Of a DNA stretch of 64,000 nucleotides, positions 36,101 through 48,356 are shown piece after piece. The DNA is taken from assembly GCF_009834535.1 (NCBI RefSeq), contig NC_045728.1:7502001-7566000 (forward strand), given 5' to 3'. This stretch comes from Camelus ferus. Taxonomy: Eukaryota. Positions within the stretch are counted from its first letter, which is position 1; every line of letters begins with the position of its first letter. Both the position numbers and the translations under genes were made by a program. Under the pieces are notes generated by a model. The model had not been told where the DNA came from. It ran no database searches and saw nothing but the letters and a program-made list of their open reading frames with translations.

Positions 36101-36432
36101 CATTAGTAATCTTATTAGGATGATTCTCTTAACTCCCCAAGGAAAAGTCAGAACCAGTGGAGAAGAGCATAAGGAGTTTAGCTGACCAAAACAAAAGTAC
36201 ATGGATTCCTTTTTAATTACTACTGAAAAGACTGGTAGCCCATAAAAAAAGTAGCCAAAAATCATTCAGTGGATAAATAGCAAAAGAAATGTAAATGCAA
36301 ATTAGCACATTAAACTTGTCCAAATTTATTAGATTAAAAAATTCAAATAAAGCAATAATAATACACATATTTAAACATCAATATTAATTTCTGTGAGACA
36401 GTTTAATATATATTAAATATATTGTATTATAA

Positions 36433-36467
36433 TTTTTTTATTGAGTTATAGTCAGTTTACAATGTTG
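36433..36467 (-). mobile_element. 35-nt extreme 3' tail of a young L1
   Basis: tttttttattgagttatagtcagtttacaatgttg is the reverse complement of the L1 3' end seen at 48303-48340. No TSD found. Confidence 0.75.
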
Positions 36468-37598
36468 ACTGAAAATGGGGGTGTGAAAAAAGATAGTCTA
36501 TACAAGTGGAAACCAAAAAACAATAACAGTAACTATACTTATATCAGACAAAATAAACTTTAACTCAACAGCTATAGCATGAAACAAAGACGGTAATGAT
36601 ATGATGAAGAGGAAACATTACAGCTGATACCACAATAGTACCAAAGATCATAAGACTACTATGAACAATTATGCACAAACAAATTGGATAATCTAGAAGA
36701 AACAGGTAAGTTCCTGGAAACAATCTACCAAGACTGAAGTATGAAGAAATAAAAAATCTGAACAGACCAATAACAATTCAGGAGATTGAATCAATAATCA
36801 AAAATTCTCCCAGCAAAGAAAAGCCCAGGACCAGAAACCAGAAAGGTTCACTTGTGAATTGTACCAAACATTTAAGCAAGAGTAAGACCAAAACTTCTAA
36901 AATGCTTCCAACAATTGAAGAAAGGGAACACCATCAAACTCAGTTACAACCAGAATTGCCTTCACAACAATGCCAGGTAAAGACTATGAGAACTGAAAAC
37001 TACAGGCCAGTATCTCTGATAAACATAGATGCAAAAATTCTCAACGGAATTCTTGCACAAACCAATCCAACAGCACATTAAAAGGATCATACACACAACA
37101 CAAACACATGCTGCGTGCAGAATTACCTAATGCTGAATAACATCCGTAGTCCCATACCCTGTTAACCTTATACAAATGTCAGTTTCCTGGTGTTGCTGCT
37201 GTTCTGCGGTTGTAGAACATGTCACCGTGGTAGGAGGCTGGGTGGATTTTAAGGGACTCTATCACTAAGTTTTGAAATTTCCTGTGAATCTAAAATAATT
37301 TGAAAATTTTAAAAATTCGACTTCTCACAAGCGTGATTATAAGTTAACACATACATGGAAATTATAAAGTCATGTTTCTTTGTAATGGAAGCTGATTAAC
37401 TGATTTTTCTAATAGATTTGATTTTAATCTATTAAAAGCAAATACAGCGTCAGAACAGCCCAAGGTAATTCCATTTCCATGGAATTATTGTACCAGTAAA
37501 TGTTTTATTAGGCAGTCATCTCTGAAATCAAATAAAAAGATCCTTCGATTTATGTCTATAAAATTTGCAAAAAAAACTGATAATTTAAAGGGACTCAA

Positions 37599-38452
37599 TG
37601 AGGTATCTCCTCACACCAGTCAGAATGGCCGTCGTTCAAAAATCCACAAATGACAAATGCTGGAGAGGCTGTGGAGAAAGGGGAACCCTCCTGCACTGCT
37701 GGTGGGAATGCAGTTTGGTGCAGCCACTATGGAAAACAGTGTGGAGATTCCTCAAAAGACTAGGAATAGACTTACCATATGACCCAGGAATCCCACTCCT
37801 GGGCTTGTATCCAGAAGGAAATCTACTTCAGGATNNNNNNNNNNNNNNNNNNNNNNNNNNNNNNNNNNNNNNNNNNNNNNNNNNNNNNNNNNNNNNNNNN
37901 NNNNNNNNNNNNNNNNNNNNNNNNNNNNNNNNNNNNNNNNNNNNNNNNNNNNNNNNNNNNNNNNNNNNNNNNNNNNNNNNNNNNNNNNNNNNNNNNNNNN
38001 NNNNNNNNNNNNNNNNNNNNNNCATTCTAAGTGAAGTAAGCCAGAAAGAGAAAGAAAAATACCATATGAGATCGCTCATATGTGGAATCTAAAAAACAAA
38101 AACAAAAACAAACAAACAAACAAAAACAAAGCGTAAATAAAGGACAGAAATAGACTCACAGACAGAGAATACAGACTTGTGGTTACCAGGAGGGTGGAGG
38201 GTGGGAAGGGATAGACTGGGATTTCAAAATTGTAGAATAGATAAACAAGATTACACTGTATAGCACAGGGAAATATACACAAAATGTAATGATAACTCAC
38301 AGAGAAAAAAATGTGACAATGAGTGTGTATATGTCCATGAATGACTGAAAAATTGTGCTGAACACTGGAATTTGACACAACATTGTAAAATGATTATAAA
38401 TCAATAAAAAATGTTTAAAAAAAAAATAAAGCAGATGAAAGTCATGAAAAAA
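37599..38452 (+). mobile_element. Young 5'-truncated L1 with TSD and short 3' extension
   Basis: TSD AAAGGGACTCAA at 37587-37598 and 38453-38464; single empty site in copy A at 9481-9492. ORF2 C-terminal peptide [37 protein letters not shown]. Confidence 0.95.
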
Positions 38453-40155
38453 AAAGGGACTCAAATATTTTAAAGGGCCATAATAAGTAAACTTTTCTGA
38501 AATGTTCATATATATTTATGAACTTAAATTCTTAAAAATAATGTTAACCTAGACTTATAATTAGTGAATTTTAAATGACATTAATTACTTGCATCTTTAT
38601 GAGGGACAAGAGAGAATCCTTTCTTCTATGCTCTGGGGGATATATAATCTCTGATGGAAAATTAACATTTACTGTCACAATTATAGTGTAAATGCGCACC
38701 CTCTGCTCTTCCCTGAAAAGCTTACCATGAGGGGAAGATCCTAGGGGGACAGCTACACCTGAATTTCTAATCAGGTCCAGAAGAATTATAAGCCTTTAGC
38801 AGATGCCATGTGCTGTGGGACACGGTGGCTCAGATACCAAGTCTGTGGTTTCCCTTCATAGTCTCTTAATAAATTTATAACCACAAAGTTAATCTGAACC
38901 ATAGACTGACTGCTGTGATTCAGACCGTGGTATCTGGGCTATGATTCTTTTACCAATACAGGGAGAAGACTCTGTGACTACATCTGCTCAGCCTTGATAT
39001 CTGCAAAGCCCGTTCTTCTTCCAGGACAGGACAGTGGAGGTGAAACACGCCGACAGGGCCAGGACTGAGTCTCCTCAGTGCAAACAGAGTGAGTTAGCCA
39101 AGTGTCTGTTTTTGTCTCTCTCTGTTGCTGAAAAATGAGGGAAAGGATTGATACTGAAAAACAAGAAACTCCGAAGTCTGGAGCTCTGACGCGACTGCCT
39201 GCATTGTTCTCAGCACACCCTCTGTGTTGGCTGCATCCTCATTCTGGTAGCAGGAGAACGGTAGCAGTTCCAAGTGACAAACCCAGAACATAGCAACGTC
39301 AGAAGAAGAAGAAATCAGTTTCTAAGAATTTCTTAGTTGAAATATACATATAGAAAAGTTGACATACGTAATAAGTGTACAGCTTGGCATATTTCCACAA
39401 ACATAACAACTAACTAAATCAGCAGTTAAATTAATTACGTTTCTCTTCCATGCTGTCCTACAAAACCAAGGAAAGCACACCCACCTTCCTTTATTCATTC
39501 TCTGTCCAGCTAGGATGGAAGGGAGGAGGAGAATGTGAGGAAACACTGGAGTGTACGATTAAGTACAAAGCTTAGGGTCCAAGGGTTCACCTCAGTACCT
39601 GTTACTGATCATTGACTTCCTGGATTCTTGTAGTTAAGCATCTGAAAACCTTATAGACTGTGAGAGACTTCCTGGCAGCAAGTATGTGTATGGGTCTCTG
39701 CCTCATAGAAGTCCTTTCTTTTGTTGTAGGTCATCACAGGGGAACTGAGGTATCTAGAAGGGTAATGGATACCCTGTTTTTCAAGTATGTTAACCCATTA
39801 GTATATTTATTTGCTTTAGGCTGGTAATCATATAGGCTCAAAATGCTAAAAAGAATTTTAAAATCTCCATTTTCTTGCTTCCCCTCTCCCACATTTTGAT
39901 TCTGATGTCCCCTTTTGCATCTTCATGTTTATTCTCTTGCTGTTTATTGTAGTTACTGCATTTCCAATTGTGGTTTTCTCTGCTCTGTAGATTCCTGCTT
40001 TTTATTTAGAGAAGACCTTTCAGTATTTCTTTCAGGATAGGTTTAGGTTTATCTCGTAGGGTAATGGAAACATGACCAGGAACTAGGAAGTGAGGGATCA
40101 GATGAACAGGAGGGAGAGACAGGGATGCATCCCCACTCCTGAAGCTCACCATCAG

Positions 40156-40420
40156 GTAGGCTCGTTCCTCGTCGGCTCCGCCCCTCTGTCTTCTGGTAAA
40201 GATAGAGCAGTTCTTTGTAACACGCAGCTCACGCAACCAAAGGCAGTGATTTCAGTGCTGAGGGGTGTGTGTGTGGCAGTACCTTCAGACCCTATGAAGC
40301 AAAGGAGGACTTCTGTGATTTCTGCCAGTCTGAGTCTGTTTCTCATAACGCTTATATAAAAGACAGTTTGTCAGGACAGAGCTGTGTTCCTATTAATGGA
40401 GTTGTCTTCTGTTCTCACAG
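40156..40420 (+). other. Candidate last 5'UTR intron (265 nt) of the OR8B3-like gene B
   Basis: Same donor and acceptor as copy A; 2 nt longer because of (GT)5 versus (GT)4. Confidence 0.5.
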
Positions 40421-40436
40421 ATTTCCGAAGTTGAGA

Positions 40437-41381
40437 ATGCTGGCTAGAAATGACTCCTTAGTGACTGAATTTATTCTTGCCGGGTTAACAGACCGTCCAG
40501 AGCTCCAGCAACCCCTCTTTTGCTTGTTTCTGATGATCTACATTGTCACCTTGGTGGGCAATCTTGGCTTGATCATTCTTATTGGTCTAAATTCTCACCT
40601 CCACACCCCCATGTACTATTTCCTCTTCAACTTGTCCTTCGTTGATCTCTGTTACTCATCTGTTTTCACCCCCAAGATGCTGATGAACTTTGTGTCCATG
40701 AAGAATATCATCTCCTATGTCGGGTGCATGACTCAGCTGTTTTTCTTTCTCTTTTTTGTCATCTCTGAATGTTATATGTTGACCTCAATGGCCTATGATC
40801 GCTATGTGGCCATCTGTAATCCGTTGCTGTATAAGGTCACCATGTCCCGTCGGGTCTGTGTGGTGCTGTCTCTGGCTGCATATGTGATGGGATTTGCCGG
40901 AGCCTCTGCCCACACCGGGTGCATGCTCAGACTAACCTTCTGCAATGTTAATATCATCAACCATTACTTGTGTGACATCCTCCCACTCCTCCAGCTCTCT
41001 TGCACCAGCACTTATGTCAACGAGTTAGTAGTTCTTATTGTGGTAAGTATTAATATTGCGGTACCCAGTGTCACCATCCTGGTTTCTTACATCTTCATCC
41101 TCACTAGCATTCTTCACATCAGATCTGCTCAAGGAAGATCGAAAGCCTTCAGTACCTGTAGCTCCCACGTCATTGCTCTTTCTATTTTATATGGGTCAGC
41201 AGCATTCATGTATCTTAAATGTTCTTCTCCTGGATCTATGGAGCAGGGAAAAGTTTCTTCTGTTTTCTATACTCATACGGGACCCATGCTCAATCCCCTG
41301 ATCTACAGTTTGAGGAACAAGGGTGTCAAGGTTGCACTTAGGAAATCCCTGTTTAAAATCCAGAGGAGAAGCATGTCCTAA
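40437..41381 (+). CDS. OR8B3: Olfactory receptor, OR8B2/OR8B3-like (copy B), 314 aa, intact
   Basis: Same motifs as copy A; the start is the ATG at 40437 after the acceptor at 40420. C-terminal motif is SLRNKG rather than the usual SLRNKD. Confidence 0.93.
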   Translation: MLARNDSLVTEFILAGLTDRPELQQPLFCLFLMIYIVTLVGNLGLIILIGLNSHLHTPMYYFLFNLSFVDLCYSSVFTPKMLMNFVSMKNIISYVGCMTQLFFFLFFVISECYMLTSMAYDRYVAICNPLLYKVTMSRRVCVVLSLAAYVMGFAGASAHTGCMLRLTFCNVNIINHYLCDILPLLQLSCTSTYVNELVVLIVVSINIAVPSVTILVSYIFILTSILHIRSAQGRSKAFSTCSSHVIALSILYGSAAFMYLKCSSPGSMEQGKVSSVFYTHTGPMLNPLIYSLRNKGVKVALRKSLFKIQRRSMS

Positions 41382-42384
41382 TTGAAGCAGCAATATTGTA
41401 AAGAAATTCAATTTATGATTTAATTTCATTGGTGTTTTTCAAGAAGAATCTTTATCACCATGTTGCTTCTACATATTGTATTATATGTGGTAAAATAGAT
41501 TTCTCTTAACATTTTCCTTGTAGCTGATCTTGTCTCGTATTTGGCCTCTGCATCTCTTGCATCTTACATCAGTGTACTAAATAACTAATGATGTGTTTAT
41601 GAAAGGAACCAATATGCTGACCTTTTTAAAAAATCATTTTATCATACTTCTATTTTCTGGGTAAGTCTTAATCTGGACAAATATGGTGAATCATAAATCA
41701 CAGAAAGTTAAAATTACAGCTTGCTTACCAAAACACAGAAGTGCCAAATACTTCTTGATAAGCATTCTCATTCTTATCAATACTGTTACCAATATAGGGA
41801 AGAGGAGTCAATACAATGTCTTCAATACAGACTGTTGTACAGCTTAAAGTATAATCGAATCCCCTGGTCTTTTCCTTCTGCTCTATTTTTCTTATCAGTT
41901 TTCTTTTTATATTTTGTCCTTTTAATATATTTGTCCTTTTATATTTTGTCCTTTTTATATTTTGTTCCCTTTGGGTATGGCAAAATCTATACCATAAACC
42001 ACCTGTTTTTGAGAGCCTCTATCAGCCCAGTTCATTTAATATCGAAGAAAATACATGTAGCTCCACCTTTAACTGCCAAAGATGGCCTTAACAGTATGAT
42101 TAAAGGGATAATACATATGCACCTTATGACCCCAGTAAGAGGTTGGTTTATTATAACACTGGCATTGATTACGATCTAAAATGACATCAAATATTTTGAA
42201 AAAGAGCATGTAGTTCTTACTGCAGAGTTTATTTATCACTTAAAGGACAATACTGCACATCAAGCTAGGAGAAACATGTAAGACACTGTTTTACTTCTAT
42301 AATAAGATTTATCATAAAAAGGTTTATATTAATGATAATAAACTACATTCCTTGCAGTGTTTTATGAGCTTATTTAAACCAATA

Positions 42385-42705
42385 TCTCAGTCCATTTGGT
42401 CTGCTGTAGCAAAATGCTACAGACGCAGTGGCTTATAAACACAGAAATTTATCTCTCACAGTTCTGGAGGTTAGAAGTCTAAGATGAGGGTACCAGCATG
42501 AGTATGTGGGAGCCTTTTTCTGTGTTGCACTTTTCTCATTGTATGCCACCATGGTGCTCATTGTGGCTGGAGATCTCTATGGAATGTCTTTTATAAGGCA
42601 CTAATCCCTTTTATGAGGATTCCATCTTTATGGCTTAAGTCCATCCTAAAGGCCCCACCTGCTAATATCATCACCTTTGGGTGTTAGGATTTCAGCATTT
42701 GACCA
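42385..42705 (-). mobile_element. MaLR LTR (MLT1A-like)
   Basis: tctcagtccatttggtctgctgtagcaaaatgc...cagaaatttatctctcacagttctggagg...ataaggcactaatccc...aaggccccacctgctaatatcatcacc...gttaggatttcagcat. Confidence 0.8.
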
Positions 42706-42763
42706 CAGCACCTTGCCTCACCACAAAGATAATAAACAGATTTAAAGTAATGCAGCTTTCTTT

Positions 42764-43172
42764 TTTTTTTTTTAACATTTTTTATTGATTTATAATCCAT
42801 TTTACAATGTTGTGTGAAATTCCAGTGTTCAGCACAATTTTTCAGTCATACATGGACATATACACACTCATTGTCACATTTTTTTCTCTGTTAGTTACCA
42901 TAACGTTTTGTGTAAATTTCCCTGTGCTATACAGTATAATCTTGTTTATCTATTCTACAATTTTGAAATCCCAGTCTATCCCTTCCCACCCTCCGCACCC
43001 CTGGCAACCACAAGTCTGTATTCTCTGTCTATGAGTCTATTTCTGTCCTGTATTTATGCTTTGTTTTTGTTTGTTTGTTTTTTAGATTCCACATATGAGC
43101 GATCTCATATGGTATTTTTCTTTCTCTTTCTGGCTTACTTCACTTAGAATGACATTCTCCAGGAGCATCCAT
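42764..43172 (-). mobile_element. Young 5'-truncated L1 3' end
   Basis: 17-bp TSD GTAATGCAGCTTTCTTT at 42747-42763 and 43173-43189; poly-T; endonuclease-type TT/AAAG site on the minus strand. Confidence 0.95.
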
Positions 43173-44611
43173 GTAATGCAGCTTTCTTTAATTTCCCTGT
43201 GTCTCCGGTACTTGTCCCATTTGTATATATAAAATGCCAGATGTATTTAGAGGATAAGAAAAACTTATTGAGTAACAACAATAATAACAATAATAATAAA
43301 TAATAAACTTCATCATTTATAAATAATAATGAAATATAATAGCCACTAACAATAGTAAACAAGTAAATCAAATGAACTTTAGAGTATCATTTATTTTTGG
43401 GGGGTGGACTATGGAGGCTGTTGATGTGCTGCTTAGCTCCCCTTCAAGATAACCAGCTGTGGGGACGTCAGTCCCTGAAAGCATGTAGCCAGTTCAGCTT
43501 TGGCTACACCACAGTGTTCAGGCAGAGCTCATGCTTACTCCAAGATGTCCTCCACCAGTAGCTTAGCACGGTGGGTCATATTGGAGCTGGTCCATTCTTG
43601 GGTAACACAGGTGTCTCCTAACAGACAGTTTTCATTAGGGACTTCCTATCATCCTTATTGAGACTGTTTAGAATTGCACTGTGGTCTGAGATTTTTCTAC
43701 CCAGTCCTTCCTTCTCTCTGTCTTGTCTTAGATGTTAGACTTTCATCCATGTCTGACGGCCTTTATCACTGACCCCCACTCCCTCCTATTTTATCCTTCA
43801 CAGACGTTTGCTACAATAAAAGTCTTACAAGTCTAATTATTTCTTGGCATCTGCTTCTGGAGAACTTTAAATGACGCAGAGGACTTGTATTACTGGTTTT
43901 AAAGCTTACTGTACTGTTTAGATAACCAAGACCGATTGGTTTTGCTACAAAATAGACAAATTATGGATAAAAGAGAAGATTCAGAAAAAGATCCTCACTT
44001 ACACAGTTAATTGCTTTTTACCCAACTAATAAATAGCTCCATTGGGAAATAAAAATCTAAGAAACTCATGCTGGAAATACTAACTGTTCTTGAGAAAACT
44101 ATTAAACTTGATCTCTAGTGCCATATACAAAAATTAATTTAAAATGTATCAAAACAATAGACACAAAACTTAAACATAGATGTTTCAAAAGAAAGCTATA
44201 GAAAAGTATGTTGGTGTAGGCAGAGATATCTTTTGCATATTCTAGAAAGCACTAAACCCTATAGGAAAAGAAGATTAAACTTTATTAAAATTAAAACATC
44301 TGTTTATCATAAAATATTCATAGACAAGCCACAGACTGAAAGAATATTTGCAATATATATATATCTTAAAGGTATCCAAAATATATAACAACTTAATAAT
44401 TAAAGTGTATCTCAGTGATAAAAGGACCATTTCATATATTGGCAAGTGATTTAAAAGAACATCCGAGAGGAACATGTGTAAATGGCCGAAAGGCACATGG
44501 AAATATGCCTGTCTTGTTCCACCCCCTTAGATACATAGTCAGCGGCTGGACAGCACTCCCTTACCAGCTGTACTATCCTCCCTCGTTTCATTGCCCAGAC
44601 TCTGCTCTCCC

Positions 44612-47600
44612 TTTTTTTTTAATTGATGCATAGTTGATTTACAGTATTAAATTAGTTTCAGGTGTACAGCATAATGATTCAGTATTTTTACAGATTATAC
44701 TCCATTAAAAGTTATTAGAAGATACTGCCTATAATTCCCTGTATTATACAATATATCCTTGTTGCTTATCTATTTTACACACAGTAGTTTGTATCTCTAA
44801 GTCCCATACATGTAATTTGTCCTTGCCACCTTCCCTCTGCCCTTTAGCAGCTACTAGTTTGTTTTCTGTATCTGTGAGTCTGTGTCTGTTTTGCATATAC
44901 ATTCGTTTGTTTTCATTTGTAAGATTCTCTATAGAAGTGATATCATACAGTGTTTGTCTTTCTCTGACTTATTTCACTAAGCATAATATTCTCTAGGCCC
45001 ATCCACATTGCTGCAAATTGCAGAATTTTAATCTTTTTTATGGTTAAGTAATATTCCATTTTATATCTATCTACCTGTCTATCCTCTGCCTGTCTATGTC
45101 TGTCTGTCTATCTATCTATCAATCAATCATATCTTTATCCTTTATCTGTTGATAGCCATTTGGGTTGCTTCCATATCTTGGCAATTGTAAATAGTGCTGC
45201 TATGAACACTGGAGTGCGTGTATCTTTTCCAATTAGTGTTTTCATTTTTTTCCCAGATATACCCACAGCAGTGGAAATGCTGGATTATATTGTAGATCTG
45301 TTTTTAGTTTTTTGAGGAATTTCCATACTGTTTTCCATTGTGGCTGCAGCAAATTTACATTTCCAAAAACAGTGTACAAGGGTTCTCTTTTCTTCACATC
45401 TTCTCCAATGTTTTTTGTTTGTAGATTTTTAGTGATAGCCATTCTGACAGGTGGGAGGTGATATCTCTTTGTTTTGATTTGCATTTCTCTGATGATTAGC
45501 GATGTTGAGCATCTTTTTATGTGCCTATTGGTCATTTGCATGGATTCCTTAGAAAAATGTCTATTTAGGTGTTCTTCCCATTTTTAAATTGGGTTGTTTG
45601 TTTGTTGTAATGTTGAGTTGTATGAGCTGTTTATATATGTTGGATATTATCTCCTTATTGGTCATATCATTACAAATATTTTCTCCCATTCTGTAGATTG
45701 TCTTTTCATTTTGTTGATTATTTTCTTTGCTGTGCCAAAGATTTACATTTAATTAGATTTCATTTATGTTTGCTTTTATTTCTTTTGCCTTAGGAGACAG
45801 ATGCAAAAATATTGCTATGATTTATGTCAAAGAGTGTTCTACCTACGTTTTCTTTGTGGTGTTTTATGGTTTCATGTCTACCCTTTTGGTCTTTAATCCG
45901 TTTTGAATTTATTTTTGTATACGGTCAGGAAATATTATAATCCCATTGTTTTACATGTAGCTGTCCTGTTTTCCTAGCATCACTTGCTGAAATGAATGTC
46001 TTTTCTTCATTGTATATTTTTACCTCCTTTGTTGTAGATTAGTTGACCATAAGTGTGTGGGTTTTTTTTTTGGGCTCTCAGTTCTATTTCATTGACCTAT
46101 GTGTCTGTTTTTGTGCCAGTCCCATACTGTTTTCATTACTGTAGCTTTGTAGTATAGTCTGAAGTCAAGTGTGGGAGCACACTCATTGGTTAATAAGTTG
46201 TAGGGCTACAATGCAGAAATGCCTAGCTTATCTTAGGTGTAGGTTGTTAGCTGTAGGGCTGCTTCTGCTTCTTGGAAAACCATTACCTTTTGCCCTTGCT
46301 GAAAACAGCAGGGCATTCTTCACTTACCTAGTTAAATCTTGATCTTTATTGGGTCTTTCTGCCTGCCTGGTTTCCATTATCAATTGTATACTCCCTAAAC
46401 ATGTAGATTAAGACTAATGTTTCTGTTTTTCACAAAACTGCTGACCTACATACCTGTATGTACACCATACCCCTTACACATTCCTATGACATGCTTTACC
46501 TTAATACTTTATTTGACTAGTCTCAATAAATACAAGGGTTTCTAAGGGGCTCAGGGAGTTAGATTTGGTCTCTGGGTCCCTCTCACTCTCTTGACTTGAT
46601 AAAGTCATGAGTAATTCACTCTTCCATGGTGGGTCTTTGTCGGACAAAGCCCACATCAAGGATGGTGATACCTCTAACTGTTCTTTTTTCTCAAGATTGC
46701 TTTGGCAATTTGGGGTCTTTTGTGGTTCTGTATTAATTTTAGGATTAATTGATCTAGTTAGGTGAAAAATGTCAGATATTTCGATAGGGATTGCATTAAA
46801 TCTGTAGATTTCTTTGGGTAGAATGACCCTTTTAATACTATTAATCCTTTGAATCCATGAGCACAGGATAGCGTTCCATTTCTTTGTATCGTATGTAATT
46901 TCTTTTATCAGTATTCTATAGTTTCCGGATGATAGGTCTTTCACATCCTTAGTTAAGTTTATTCCCATGTATTTTATTCTTTTTGAACCTATTTTAAATG
47001 GAATTTGTTTTTTGCTCTCTTTTTCTGAGAGTTCATTATTAGTGAATGGAAGCACAACAGATTTCTGTAGGTTATTTATGTATCCTGTGACCTTGCTGAA
47101 TTCATTTATTAGTTCTAATAGTTTTGAGGTGGAGACTTTAGGGTTTTCTATATGAAGTATCGTATTATTTGCAAATAGTGACAATTTTACTTCTTCCCTT
47201 CCAATTTGGATACCTTCTGTTTCTGTTCCTTGTGTGATTGCCGTGGCTAGGACTTCTAATACCATGTTAAATAGAAGTTGCAAAAGTGGGTACCTTCATC
47301 TTGTTCTTGAATTTGGAGGAAAGGTTTTCATTTTTTCACCTTTGAGTATGTTGTTAGATGTGAATTTGTACNNNNNNNNNNNNNNNNNNNNNNNNNNNNN
47401 NNNNNNNNNNNNNNNNNNNNNNNNNNNNNNNNNNNNNNNNNNNNNNNNNNNNNNNNNNNNNNNNNNNNNNNNNNNNNNNNNNNNNNNNNNNNNNNNNNNN
47501 NNNNNNNNNNNNNNNNNNNGGTTTTTACAATTGATTTGTGAATGTTGAACCATCCTTGTAACCGTAGAATAAATTTAACTTGATCATTGTGTGTTATAGT

Positions 47601-47690
47601 TTTTATATATTTTTGGAATCAGTTTGCTAATGTTTTGTTGAGGATTTTTGCATCTATATTCATCAGAGTTATTGGCCTGTGACTTTCCTT
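44612..47690 (-). mobile_element. L1 (RT domain to 3'UTR), interrupted by a solo LTR
   Basis: Poly-T at 44612; ORF 46501..47283 LFNMVLEVLATAI...VKLSLFANN...KLLELINEFSKV.GY is L1 RT; ORF 45242..45541 is the ORF2 C-terminus. Confidence 0.92.
46170..46655 (+). mobile_element. Solo retroviral LTR, 486 bp, family unidentified
   Basis: Starts TGTGGG, ends CCCACA (perfect 6-bp inverted termini); 5-bp TSD TCAAG at 46165-46169 and 46656-46660; the L1 sequence resumes seamlessly. Strand inferred from AATAAA at 46525 and is uncertain. Confidence 0.9.
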
Positions 47691-47699
47691 TTTTGTAAT

Positions 47700-47887
47700 C
47701 CTCAGAACAACCCTATGAGATAACTCCTTTGCTAGCCTCATTTTATAGATTTATAAGTAGAAAAATATATATATATATACATACAAGGATCAGATAAGTT
47801 ATTTGATTATCTACAGTCTCACAATTAAGAAGTTTAATGTCCAGATTTAAACTCAATCTGATTTGAGGAGCTCACTCCCACTTTCTT
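47700..47887 (-). mobile_element. MIR remnant (target of the 47888-48356 insertion; continues at about 48372)
   Basis: ctcagaacaaccctatgaga...ctcattttatagat...tctcacaatta...atttaaactcaatctg, resuming as ttaaccattttgcta. Confidence 0.6.
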
Positions 47888-48356
47888 TTTTTTTAATATT
47901 TTTAATTTTTTTAATTGAAGTATATAGATGATTCACAGGGCTGTGTTAGTTTCTGGTGTACAGGATAGTGATTGTTATACATATATATTCTTTTATTTAT
48001 TTATTTTTAAATTTTATTATTTATTGAAGTGTAGTTGATTTAAAATGTTAGCTTCAGTTGTATAGCAAAGTGGTTCAGTTATACATATACATACATACAT
48101 TTTTTTCAGATTCTTTTCCATTATATGTTATTATAAGAAATTGAATAGTGTGTACTTTGTTGTTTATCTATTTTTTTATACTGTATAGCACAGGGAAATA
48201 TATATAAGATCTTGTGGTAGCTCACAGCGAAAAAAAAATGTGACAATGGATATATGTATGTTCATGTATAACTGAAAAATTGTGCTCTACAGTGGAATTT
48301 GACACAACATTGTAAAATGACTATAACTCAAAAAAAATGTTTAAAAAATAGATAAA
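47888..48356. mobile_element. Composite L1-derived insertion: two minus-strand L1 3' ends plus one plus-strand L1 3' end inside a single TSD
   Basis: 15-bp TSD CACTCCCACTTTCTT at 47873-47887 and 48357-48371; inverted 16-mer at 48161-48176 and 48343-48358. Confidence 0.85.

Larger units (their letters stand above)
36467..41140 (+). repeat. High-identity duplicated segment, copy B (partner 8363-12160), interrupted by an L1 at 37599-38452
   Basis: Colinear with copy A. The offset changes by 866 nt across the L1 (854-nt insert plus 12-nt TSD). Confidence 0.95.

Noticed and set aside
37598-38092. ORFs spanning N runs (also 8439, 8554, 13746, 47234)
   Set aside because: They are open only because N codons are not stops; the flanks are L1 sequence.
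46501-47283. 260-aa ORF as a possible L1 RT-LTR fusion protein
   Set aside because: A degenerate RT fragment (catalytic FADD reads FANN) reading by chance into the LTR; no promoter or proper start.
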